Assembly (NCBI RefSeq): GCF_009914755.1
Contig: NC_060931.1
Direction: 5' to 3' (one strand)
DNA length: 64,000 bases
Source: the human T2T-CHM13v2.0 reference genome, Homo sapiens
Made by a program: the position numbers and the translations under genes. Below, piece after piece: positions 13,171-25,675 of this stretch. Below the pieces are notes generated by a model that did no database searches, was not told the origin of the DNA, and saw only the letters and a program-made list of their open reading frames with translations. Numbering within the stretch: the stretch's first letter is position 1; every line of letters begins with the position of its first letter.

Positions 13171-13992
13171 TGATACAGGAGGAGGGCAGGGAAGTGCTGG
13201 GAGGGAAAGGCGTGGTCCCTGGTGAGGGCTCCACCCCCGGGGCCTCTACCCACAGACCTAGGTGAGGACAGGCACTCCTGCCTTCATGCCCAAATGTTGC
13301 ATTTCCCAAGACCACCCTGGCCTGCCACACCCCCATCCTGTGCCTAAAAAAACCTGAGAACCTAGCAGGCAGAGACACAAGCAGCTGGACATCGAGAGGA
13401 ACACACAAGTGGAAGAAGACACAAGCGGCTGGACGTCAAGAGGAAGGCACTGATGTAAGAGCACACCAACAGATGCTAGCAGGCAGCAGGCCATCAACAA
13501 GCAGAATGATGTGGAGTTTGGCTAGGGAGGTCAGAGGATGGCCTGGGCCACTGAGTGGCCCCATTCCAGGGAAAACCAACTTCCCACTCCATCTCCCCTC
13601 TGGCTTCGCCATCTGCTGAGAGCTACTTCCACTCAATAAAACCTTGCACTCATTGTCCAAGTCCACGTGTGTTCCAATTCTTCTGGTACACCAAGGCAGG
13701 AAACCCTGGGATACAGAAAACCCTCTGTGCTTATGATGAGGCCGGGGGTCTAAATGAGCTGATAAACACAAGCTACTTACAGACGGCAAAACTAAAAGGG
13801 CACATGGTAACACATGCCCACTGCGGCCTCAGAAGCTGTAAACATTCACCCCTAGATGCTGTCGTGGGGTTGGAGCCCCACAGCCTGCCCATCTTCATGT
13901 TCCCCCTAGAGCTTTGAGCAGCAGGGCACCAAAGAAGCAAGCCACGCCCATCTCATGCCCTGTAAGGGGCCAAGGGAACTTTTCTTGTTTCA
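13171..13992 (+). mobile_element. LTR1-family (ERV1) solo LTR, 822 bp
   Basis: TGATAC…TTTCA termini; 4-bp TSD atag/atac; AATAAA at 13635-13640; internal 29-bp duplicate (13373-13401 and 13417-13445); GC-rich island within AT-rich DNA. Confidence 0.85.
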
Positions 13993-14211
13993 ATACTTTG
14001 ACTATTATACCTTTAATCATTCCCCTCCTAACACCCACCAAGATTTCATTATTGTTTTTCATCAATCCACTGCATTGTCAGCATCCTTCCTTTGCTGTTC
14101 TATAACTACTTCCCTAGATTGATGCCTTATTACCTCAACACCATTAACAGGTATTCAGTGAGCCATATCTGTATATGAGCTGTGCTGTCCATGTGCACTC
14201 AAAATCTAGTG

Positions 14212-14360
14212 CAGGCATCAGCAAACTGTCACCATAAAACAAACCCTGCCTACCACCTGATTTGTACATCCAGAGAGCTAAGAATGATTTTTACATTTTC
14301 AAATACCTGAACTAAAATCAGAAGAGTAATAGTTTATGACACATAAACATTATATTGAAA
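14212..14360 (+). mobile_element. MER58B-like hAT/Charlie MITE fragment
   Basis: caggcatcagcaaact…gagctaagaatgatttttacattttcaaat…aaaatcagaagagtaatagtttatgacac. Confidence 0.7.
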
Positions 14361-14384
14361 AAAATCTGTATCTTCCTCCTTCTC

Positions 14385-14720
14385 ATGTACTGTTCTCTGA
14401 GCTTTTTGAACACTCTCAGCATTTTCATGGTCCCCTCTCCTTGTGCCATCTGTCAAAGTATTCTTCGTCTTTCAAGAACTATTGCATATGTCATTTTCTT
14501 CAAGAAACTATCTTTAGCCCTCCTCAGCCAAAAGTATTATGCAATGCTTATTATCCCTAGGTAGACCTAAGGACAGTATTAACATTACTAATACTCTACT
14601 ATTTTGTATCCACCACTATTTCATAAGCTTCTTAATGAGAGGGAACTTATTCATCTTCGTATTTTCCACAGCATCTACCGTTGTTTTTTATATAGTATCG
14701 AATATATTTTTTTAATTAAA
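14385..14720 (+). mobile_element. L2 3' fragment
   Basis: ataagcttcttaatgagagggaacttattcatcttcgtattttccacagcatcta resembles the L2 3' end. Confidence 0.55.
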
Positions 14721-15029
14721 CATATGCTAATCAGGTAAAATTGGTTCATATCCATGATCAATAACCAAGTCACACTATTTTATTTGCTAAATACATGTAT
14801 TTTTGTTAGCAAAATTAATCCTTTTTGTAATATTCCTTTCCCTTTACACTGATTCCCTCTCCCTAATTTCAGTTATATCCAAACATTCCACTTTGGAAAT
14901 GTTTGCTTGACCCTCCCATTCCCTAATTTGTTTTTATCTCCAGCATGAGAAAAGAATGAACTATTTACTCCCTTACCTCCCATTCTTTCTTAAGCTCATT
15001 GTTAAAGTCACTTGAATCTTTCCAAAGCA

Positions 15030-15530
15030 ATTATTGGCCTTCTTGCCAAAACCAAAGGCCTCCGTTTAGATGCCGTTGTATTTGAACTTTCTAAAACATT
15101 TGATCACTTCTTCTGTTTTGAAAAATCTTTTCCTTTGGCTTGAGTAACATTCTTTGCTCCTGATTCTCCTCCATCTCTGCTCCAACTGGGTGCATTTCCT
15201 TGATTTCCTCCCTTGTTCTCATCTAACTTTAAAAGATCAACTCTTGTTTTTCTCAACTCCTCACTCTGCTGGTTTTTCATGGTTGTCCTATCACCTACAA
15301 TGACTTCAATAGGCACATATCCAAAAGTTGATGGCTCCCAAGTATGTATCTGCAGCTCTCTGTTGAACTCTAGACCTGATTTCCTTTTGGAAATTATATG
15401 CATATTATTCTCTGAATCTATCTCATTGCCTTCCTGCTTTTCCCCTGTTTTACTTTCTTGCTTAATGGCATTATCATCATCTTGATCACCCAGGCCAGGG
15501 AGCTGACATCTAGGGAGGACTTCAAAGATG
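15030..15530 (+). mobile_element. L2 internal (RT-region) fragment
   Basis: Pyrimidine-rich L2 body; gttgatggctcccaagtatgtatctgcagc resembles the L2 gctgatgactcccaaatctatatctccagc segment. Confidence 0.65.
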
Positions 15531-18104
15531 GAACTCAATCTCAGAGCTTTATTGTATCTTTCTGATTTCTCTTTATGTATTTGTGAAGTTCTTAGCACAT
15601 AATCAGGCAAAAGCCAATATTTTTTAATAATTTTTTAAAATACTGAACATTAGCTTGTGATAGTGTCTTTTAAAACACTGTAGCGAACATGTCTAAAACT
15701 TGTTTCTTACTAACAAACAATTGTATATTTAAGAAAACTATGAAGAGAAATGTGAAAAGGCAAAGGTAACAAGGAATAACATCAGTATTGGTGTAGGTCA
15801 ATAATAATGTGTAAGATATTCTTCTATCAAAGATTTAATATTTTAAAAGAAAAGTTCATGAAGAACATTCAAAACTATATTGGACACATTAAACTTCTAT
15901 AATGATGAGATAGCTCTCAAAGGATATTTTCTTCTATTTCAACAAAGTATATTCAATATTATCACATGATATATTGCTGTTCCTTTGGTCCTGGGGTTAG
16001 AATATCAAACTTGGAGCCCATCCCCCTATATGCTATTTATAGATTTCTTAACCATTTACAGGATGCCACTACCAGAGCTACCTCATTTGCTCATAATTAA
16101 GCTTATCCCATGATAAAATTAATCCTTAATTGAAGATATTTAATAGATCATTTTTGATACACTTTTGAGATTGGGAAAATATGAATGTGATATATTACTC
16201 TTATTAGTCATAGTTTCTCTTCAGAAACATCAAACATAAAAAAACAAAGAATATGACTACACCAAATGTCCCAGACATTTTTAAGTTCCCAAATAGAGAA
16301 GAAAGAAATGGTTAAGACATGTAGGGATGTTCATATGGTTCTGTTGCTGTGTAATCCTCACCTGTTCTTAAAATCTAAAGGAAGTCAATCATGGCTTCCA
16401 TGAACCTCTTCCCTGCCTCTCTTCTGCCACTCCAAAGATGTGTGGTCCTACTGTAAACTGGACTTAATCCTATTCCATCAAATACAAGAAAAAAAATCGT
16501 AATTGAAAAAATAACAATTTCCTTGGAGTACCATTTTGTATTTAAATATCATTTTGAAAACAAGTTGTTGAAAACATCTTATAATATCATTAGTGTCAGG
16601 AAGTGTTATTTTCAAAACTATCGTACATGTGATGAAGATCCATTAAATTGCAAAATATTTAAAAGATCATGAAGCAAAATATTGTCAAAGCCTAAGGCCC
16701 ATGTAGAACAGTCAAATAACAGCGAGTAATGGATAGCTTGCCTTGATCTCTGAGCTTTGCAGTGCAATGTGAATTTGGGCAGCCACAAATCTATTCATAG
16801 ATAACAAGACAAATTAATATAAATTAAAACAATGATTTAAGTACATTTCTCCTAGTAATTCTCTCTTTCCCTGTGATCAGCTTGTATGAAACATTGCCCA
16901 TCATAAATAGATGCAATTATATAAGTCAACTTAAAAATATCAATAAATGACCAAAAAAAACCCCAGCTCTCCTGGTATTGCAGAGTTGCATAATATGATT
17001 TCCTACAATGATGTCACATTTGACGCTGCACACCATGTGAAGAAGATTAACTGTACCCAAATTGCATTCTTCTGTAAGGCCAGCTGATATGCACATGTAA
17101 AACATGAAACACACACATACTTTGAGATGAAATTAAATGATTCTCAAATGCTATGCCATACATAATTCAAACCTCATAAATATCCACCTTATAAAGAATA
17201 GATTGCATTTAGTTGTTTTTCTAAACAACCAACATGGCAATTTAAGTAATTTCAGTGCATATTTATCCTTGAGATACTTATTAGAAAACTGCTCTGGTAG
17301 CATTTTTGGCAGTTAGATAATGCCTCGTTTGTTCTTTGTAAAGAGTTTTTATTTTCATGTGTTCTTTCTGGGCTGTCTTTAAGGAAAGATTGATGTCTGG
17401 TGTCACTGCTAGGAAGTGCAAACTGTTCAGGTTCACTGCAATCTATGTCCTCATTCTCTTGCTCTGCAGGATATCACCTACTTTGTCAGCCAATATCCAG
17501 AAGGGAAGTTCTTTAATGGCAATAAGTGATCCCAATGACATCTTCCCCACAATGCTCAAAGCTCTTAGTAGTTGGACACTGAGGCACCAAACGATGAGAT
17601 GAAAGGGAATAAATGAATATTGTAGCTGAAAGGTTAGATAAACAGCAGTAGTACTCTTTTAAGTTCCAGACATTTTTAGCAATGCTAAAAGAAATTGAAA
17701 AGTCAAAGTTTCCTCTATCATTAAAAGTTTTCCTAAAACATCAGCCTCATAATAACCTGGGAGAATCTTGATCGACTTAATGACATCTTGACCCTTTTTT
17801 CCCAGACGTAAGAGTTTAGTGATCAATTGTGTTAATAATAGCAATTGTCAGTATGCATTTTAGAAGTAATTTCTACATTATAACATGTTCCAGCTATACC
17901 TCCACCCCTATGGAGAATAGAGCAATAGGAATGAACACTTGCAACATTAAGTAAAATGAAAGGAATTCACGTAACTTGACATAAAACAGGTGTTTAAGAA
18001 CCATTGAACCCCATAGCGGGATAAAGTGCTATTATAGAAGCAAGACATTCAGAAGCTGTGTGACCATGGCAGAGTCATTCAAAGTCTGCAATGTTCTCAT
18101 TTCT

Positions 18105-18406
<302 letters not shown>

Positions 18407-18694
18407 TGCAATGTTCTCACTTCTATGAGTGAGTTAAGGTATTATCTTTCATAAAGAACCATGTACCTATATTCACAATATCAAGCAGAAACAGAATGGG
18501 GGGTTTTGTTTCTTATAGATTATTTGAATTCTGATTGATATAAACAAAAATTCTTTTGATTGCTTCGGGTTACAAATGTCAAAACCACCAAACCCAGTGA
18601 AAACAATGCAGTGTGTAGGGATTTGACTTTGGTCTTATTAACTCTGTGCTTTAAGCAACAGACCTAATCCTTTGAACCATCCAATGAAATGAAC

Positions 18695-19076
18695 TGCTAT
18701 GGGCTGAATGTTTGTGTCCCTCCAAAACTCATATGTTGAAATCCTTACCCGAGAGGTGATCGTATTTGCAGATGGGGCATTTTGGAGGTGGTGCCCTTTG
18801 CAAGGCTATTTGGAAGATAATTAGAAGCTTAGGGAACGGGATTAGTGCCCTTCTAAAAGAGACTCCAAAGAGATCCCGCACCTCTTCTGCCATATGAGTT
18901 TACAATGAGAAGATGGTCATCTATGGACCAGGAAGTGGGCCCTTACTAGACACCTAATCTGCTGACTTCTTTATCTTGGACTTCCTAGACTCTAGAATAT
19001 AAAAAATAAACTTCTAATGTTTATAAGCCACTTGGTTTATGGAATTTTGTTATAGTAGTGCAAAGGGACTAAGATA
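18695..19076 (+). mobile_element. MLT1A0-like MaLR solo LTR
   Basis: tgctatgggctgaatgtttgtgtccctccaaaactcatatgttgaaatcc…gactaagata; 5-bp TSD tgaac/tgaat. Confidence 0.88.
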
Positions 19077-19424
19077 TGAATGTTAGTTCAATTTCAAGTA
19101 AAAGCTTTAAGCATAAAAGTTCAAACTGACCCTAAAAGCAATGACTGATTTCTCCATAAAGTTTAATTTTTTTTTTTTTTTTTTGCCTAGGCCATTGCCA
19201 AGATTTTAGAAAATATAAGCAAAATTCTGCCATAATTTTAAATTTTGCTTTTGAATTAAGAACACTATAAATCCACTATTTTCTAAAAGATGGAAGAAAG
19301 AGTAAAGACTGAAAAAATGTGTGCAGTCAGCTGTGAGGAGAGTTGAAGGTGGTTTGAAGGTGAGAGATAAAAGATAACATAAATTGAAAAATTAAAATGT
19401 GTAGAGATCTGGGCAGGTACCTGA

Positions 19425-19580
19425 GATTATTTTTGTCAATCCTTACAATGTGTTAGTTCTTATTGTCACTGTTTTAAGGAAGAGGAAATTGTAGAAATGA
19501 CTTTTCAAGATCATAGCTACTAAGTGTTAGAGCTGGAGTTTAAATCCAGACCTATTTGGCACCAGAGCTGGCATTCTTTC
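19425..19580 (-). mobile_element. MIR fragment
   Basis: aagatcatagctactaagtgttagagctggagtttaaatccagacc. Confidence 0.6.
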
Positions 19581-19880
19581 CGGAGTTATGATACAGGTGT
19601 TTGCCCTCTCTTTTCTATGTGAAAGAAACTACAGATAAGTAATGCAAAGTTTGTTGTTTAGATGGAAAAAGAAGAGCAACACCTTCATACAAAAAGGTAA
19701 ACAATAAAAAATAGTAAACCACTAGTGCCAGATTAGTTGTGCAAACATTATTTATAATGAAGTTCAATATACAGCTGAGACTTGATTGACCAAGTTAATC
19801 CTCAGAAAGGGATAGAGTTTCTGTCTGAATGTTAAAATAATAATTCCCTACAAGCCTGAAATTTAGCATATTAAGAGTGC

Positions 19881-19916
<36 letters not shown>
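19881..19916. repeat. (CT)n microsatellite
   Basis: Visible run. Confidence 0.95.
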
Positions 19917-19919
<3 letters not shown>

Positions 19920-19935
19920 CATGTATAAACATATA

Positions 19936-20300
19936 CAGCCATGTGCCACATAATGCGTCTCTGGTAAAGGACAGACCACATATATCATAGTGGTCCCATA
20001 AGATTATAACACCACATTTTGATCATCCCTTTTCTATGTATAAATATGTTTAGATATACAAATAATTACCATTGTCTTACAATTGCCTACATTATTTGGT
20101 ACAGTAACATGCTGCACAGGTTTGTAGCCTAGGAGCAATAGGCTATACTATATAGCCTAGGTGTGTAGTAGGCTATACCATCTAGGTTTGTGTAAGTACA
20201 CTCTATGAGGTTTGCATAGCAGAATTGTCTAACTGCACATTACAGTGCAGTATATCTGTTATAGTTTGCATTCTTTCAGAACATAGACATTGATATTAAA
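19936..20300 (+). mobile_element. Tigger3a (MER7A-like) TcMar MITE
   Basis: cagccatgtgccacataa…gtggtcccataagattataa…caggtttgtagcctaggagcaataggctata…ctaggtttgtgtaagtacactctatga; preceded by a TA target. Confidence 0.88.
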
Positions 20301-20693
20301 CCAGCAGACGTTGGTTTAAAAGTACTACTTATTTTTTTAAAAATCACGTTATGTGCATTTTTAGGTACTATTACTAATGAGTAAAGTCAAGTCCACAAAA
20401 TATGAACAACTTAATAATGTCCCACTTAAAAAGAAAAAATGGGATTTGAACATCACTTGTTTTAAATAAAGAGGTACCACTTAAATCACATTTTAAGAGC
20501 ACCTGTTTTCAAATTTAACAACAAATAGTGGTAATACACAGTCACTTAAAATGAATTTCTGTTCAACTCTTTTTTTCCAATTTAATTTACATAATCATGC
20601 AACTTGGTTATTTAAAACCCTTAGTAAATTTTTAGTAAAGTATTACAAATGTAATTGATTGCATCAACTAAACATTTTAAATTTCTATTTCAG

Positions 20694-21013
<320 letters not shown>

Positions 21014-21934
21014 TTAAATTTACTGAAAATATTAATTTTTCCTTAACATATTTATGCTAGTGCTCTGAAAACTTTACCACAAATATTTGTTGAAATACTT
21101 TTATGTAGAAAGAAAGGACCAAGACTATCTTTGTAGTTCAGAGAAATATTTACACAAATAATATTATGAATTTTGGTTTGTCTATTCATAATCACAAACA
21201 TACATACACACACACAGCAAGTCTGATATTATTCTGGATGCATAAAGCTCTTGGCTTCTACAATTTAGCAAATAATGTGCCCACAGAAAAAAATGCTCAT
21301 GAATGTATGTAACTTCCTTTGGTTTTACTGAAAGGCCTATTGCTGACTTATTCACTCTCCTTTAATAAAACCAACTCATTAGGCAAGTTTCCTACATTTG
21401 AACAACATAGAAATCCAAACATGAATATTAATAATAAAATTAAATAATTTTAGGCAATACTTTGGATGGGGCAAAAATGAAATTAGAACTAAAGCAAAGA
21501 AAAAACTTCAATAGATTATGCTAACTGTTGTTAATGATTTAATAACATTGTTTTATATCTGTGAATAATGAAGGTAAATATGTTAGAAAAATTGCCTATT
21601 GTCACATTTTATTATATGAAAATTAAAAAAAAATTAGCAGAAGACATTTAAATTCCATCCTTTCATCTCTTTCATCCAGAATTTTAGCTGGGTTTCTGTA
21701 GCCTTTTCATTAAGGGAAGCAAACAATTTTATAGAGAGAGGTATATAGATACATATTTGTCAGTGGAAATGAAACCTGATATGATATAAAATTATTTTCG
21801 GTGTAATGGAAAATCTAAGACTCAGAGAAGATGTTTATAATTTTTGCCTATATTTGAAGAAGATAAAATGATTCCAATCTTTATAAAATTGGTGATGAAT
21901 TCTGGGTAATTACATACAGTAGTTAATAGAGAGT

Positions 21935-22133
21935 GCCTCAGACTAGTTGGGCTGCTATAACAAAATACTTTAAACTGGATAATTTATAAACAATGGAAAT
22001 GTATTGCTCACAGCTCTTGAGGCTGGGAATTCTAAGATGAAGTCACCAGCAGATTCAGGGTCTAGGTGGGGGCTTGCTCACTGTATTCTTACATGGTGGA
22101 CGAGCAGACAAATTCCCTCAGGTCTCTTTTATA
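21935..22133 (-). mobile_element. MLT1A-like LTR, partial
   Basis: gggctgctataacaaaatactttaaactggataatttataaacaatggaaatgtattgctcacagctcttgaggctgggaa. Confidence 0.75.
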
Positions 22134-22179
22134 TCATAATTAATAAATATTTTCTATGACCCCTCTATTTGTAAAACAC

Positions 22180-23810
22180 TGCTTATCCTACACAAAAATT
22201 AACTCAAAATGGGTTAAAGACCTTAGTATAAGAGTGATAAAAGAAAAACTTCGGCCGAATTAAATTTAAAGGAGTTTAATTGAGTTATGAATGATTTGCA
22301 AATTGGGAAGTCCCTAGGATCAGAGCTGATTCACAGAGACCCCACCACAGCAGAAGAAGATTTATAGACCAAAAAAAAGGGAAATGACGTACAGAAATGG
22401 GAAGGAAGGTACAGAACAGTTGGGTTGGTTACAGGTTGGCATTTGCCTTACTTATTGGAACACGGTTTGAACACAACACTCAGCAGTGTATGAATGGTTG
22501 AAGGACAGCTGTTGGGATTGGCCAAGACACAGCTATTGTTAGAGGTGCATACTCCTAAGTTAGGTTTTCAATCTTGTCTACCTATTAAGCTAGGTTGAAG
22601 TTCATCTACAAGGATTCAAATATACAAGTACAGAGTCCTTCTCAGGCTATATTTAGATCACTTTAACAAGAGATAAAACTATATAACTCTTAAAGGAAAA
22701 TATAAGTGTGTATCTTCATGACATTGGATTAGGCAATGGTCTCTTGGATATGATACCAGAAGGCCAAGCAAAGAGAAAAAAAAATAGATATACTTCATCG
22801 AATTTTTAAAATTTTTGTATATTAAATAATACTATCAAAAAATTGAAAAAACAATCCACAGAATAGAAGAAAATGTTTACAAATAAAATATCTGATAAAG
22901 GTCTAGTATTTGGAATATATAAAGAACTCTTACAACTGAAAATAGAAAAACACACAGTCTTATTTTTAAATGGGCAATGTATTTCAATAGAAATTTATCC
23001 AAAGAAGATATACAGATGTTCAGTAAGCACATAAAAAATGCATAATGTCATTAGTTATTAGGAAAATGCAAATCAAAACCACAATTACATACCACTTTGC
23101 ATCTATAAGATGGCTATAATAAAAAAGATGGACAATATTAAATGTTAGTGAGGATGTGGAGAAGTTAGAACACTGAAACATTGCCGGTGTGTATGTAAAA
23201 TGGTGCAGCTGCTTTGGAAAACAGTTTCGCAGTTCTTCAATAAGAAGAACAGTTACCATGTGATTCTGCAATTCTGCTTTTAGGTATATAGTCAAGAAAA
23301 TTTAAAGTACACATTCACACAAATCTTGCACACAGATGCACTTCACAGCATTATTTAGAGTAGCCAAAAAGTGGAAACAACCCAAATGTCCATGATAAAT
23401 GGATAAATAAATTGTGGTATATCTATACAATGGAATATTAGCAAGCCATAAAAGGAATGAAGTGATACATGTGCAGTGTGAATGAACTTGGAAATGTTAT
23501 AGTAAGTGAAAGTGGCCAGATACAAAAGGACTTATCGTGAATGATTTCATTTATATGAAATATTCAAAATAGGCAACTCCACAAAGACAGAAAGTAGATT
23601 AGCGGCTGCCAAGGGTGAGGGAGGGAGGGGAAATGGGAAGTCATTGCTAATGGGCACCAGATCTCCTTGGAGGTGATGAAAATGTTCTGGAATTAGAAAG
23701 TAGAGATGGTGGCACAACCTGTGAATATGCCAAAAGCCACTGAATGGCACAGTTTAAGAAGGCAAATGTTATGGTATGTTAATTATATCTCAATAAATTA
23801 AAATAAAAAC
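22180..23810 (+). mobile_element. L1MB-type LINE 3' portion, interrupted by a MER57 LTR
   Basis: cacaaaaattaactcaaaatgggttaaagacc; ggaaaatgcaaatcaaaaccacaa; 3' UTR ending ttatatctcaataaa. Confidence 0.88.
22235..22668 (-). mobile_element. MER57-family (ERV1) solo LTR
   Basis: TG…CA termini; perfect 4-bp TSD AGAG (22231-22234 and 22669-22672). Minus strand starts TGTTAAAG and ends AATTTAATTCGGCCGAAGTTTTTCTTTTATCA. Confidence 0.88.
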
Positions 23811-23914
23811 TTCTGGGAAGGAGAGTAAAGAAAGGGGAAAAAAGAAGCTTTTATACGTGGTCTTATAATATGTCTTTTCACTTAACTAAAGCAAAAGGAA
23901 AAACTAAAACCAAG

Positions 23915-24245
23915 TCTATTCTAAGTAATGTGGACCAATAGATGACTGCCTCTTGCCTTTGAAACAACTTCACAGTGTAGTGGAGAAAGCAGACACAGTG
24001 TAACAGAACACCGTACAAGTCAGGCTGCAAAAAGTGCTGCCTTAACAAACAGTTGAGATGTAAAAACAGGGAAGAAGAAAAAGCAATTCATTCTAACACA
24101 GAGCTAGAGATGGTTTCACAGAGCAGATAAATTCAAACCAGGTCTTGAAGCATTTCTCCGGGTAAAAAAACTTATTTCAGGCAAAGGAAAATACCAAAGT
24201 CAGAAAAACCTAGAAGGTGAAAAACATCTGGAGAACAATGAGCAC
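23915..24245 (-). mobile_element. L2 fragment
   Basis: cttcacagtgtagtggagaaagcagacac…tttcaggcaaaggaaa. Confidence 0.55.
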
Positions 24246-24770
24246 TCCTGCAGGCTTAGAGCTTCAGCTTGTGGAGCTGAGCAGGTCAGCACAGGATATT
24301 TGTGGCAGCAGGGTCAGGTGAAGGGTCTGCCAACAGGTTTGGAGGACACAGACGTGGCTTCTCATCCCAGCTCCACTATCTAAGTTGCTGTGAGACCTTC
24401 CACAAAGTAGCCACTCTGAGTCTCAGGGATTGTTTTTAAAATATATATTTTTTATATTTTATTACACAAAATATAATGTTTCATTATTATATAATATCTA
24501 TTATGTAATATATAAACATGTAATTATATATTATATACCTAATATATATTTTAAAAGTATATACATAAAATATGTTTATATATTTTTTATATATATATAC
24601 CACTAGAGAGAATTTTGAGAGAACTTAATGACACATGTGGAATGTTACCTTATCCTCAGCCACATACTAGGTATACATAAATATTATTTTTCTCTAGAAA
24701 AGTAAATATATGCTCATTGTAGAAAATTTGAAAAGTTTAAAAAAAGGAAAAAAGAAACACACACTAACTT

Positions 24771-25070
24771 AAGTTCCAGAGGTCTAACATACAAGTGTGG
24801 GGACTATAGTTAACAATACTGTCTTGTATACTTGAAATTTGCTTGCTTTTGCTTGAAATGTGCTTGAATGTGCTTGAAATTTCCCAAAAGAACAGATCTT
24901 AAGTGTTCTCACCACACACACACACACACACACAAACACACAAACACAAACACAAAGTGGCAACTATGTGGAGAGACAGATATGTTAATTAGTTTGACTG
25001 TAGTAATCAGTTCACTATGTATAACAAAACACCATTACATACAACTTAAATATACATGTTTTCAATAACC
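24771..25070 (+). mobile_element. L1MA9-like 3' end with an internal (CA)n
   Basis: gactatagttaacaatactgtcttgtatacttgaaatttgc…agatcttaagtgttctcaccacac…gatatgttaattagtttgactgtagtaatca. Confidence 0.8.
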
Positions 25071-25329
25071 TTTTTCTAAAAAAACTATTGACCTATATAA
25101 GATCGTCATTGTTAACATCTTAGTGTGTAGCCTTCCAATCTTAGTGTGTGTGTGTATGTGTGTGTAATTAAAGATTATATGGAATATATAATAAAAATTT
25201 TCTATTATCCTCAAACATTTTCAACAGTTCCATAATGTTCTCTTTTTAGTGTGCATTTAACCTAATTATATATATGATCACCATCATTTCAAAAGCTTTG
25301 ACTCTTCTATCACCATAGATACTCATGCC

Positions 25330-25634
25330 TTAAATATTTTACATTTGTATCAAAGTAATACATATTGCAGTTTTAAAAGTTAAATTTTACATAAGGCATA
25401 TAAACAAAAACAGCAAACCTTGACCCAACCTTCCCTACCTCTGATTCCCACTTACCAGATGCAACCGCTTTGAACCATTTTAGCTTCTGCCTTTGGTACT
25501 TTTCTCCATGTTGTTAAACGGCATTCTTCCATTAGTATTTTTTAAGATATTTTATATGTCAACTACTCACAACCTGTGCTACGGTAGATGCAGATTTACT
25601 CTTTAATGCTTGCATTTTCTTTCTCTCTCTCTTT

Positions 25635-25675
<41 letters not shown>

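Noticed and set aside
13106-14105. Cluster of overlapping 60-125 aa ORFs
   Set aside because: They lie in or overlap the GC-rich LTR1 solo LTR, where stop codons are scarce by composition.
15104-15610. Longest ORF in the track (168 aa, minus)
   Set aside because: Antisense reading of a pyrimidine-rich L2 relic with a non-ATG start and no recognisable domain.
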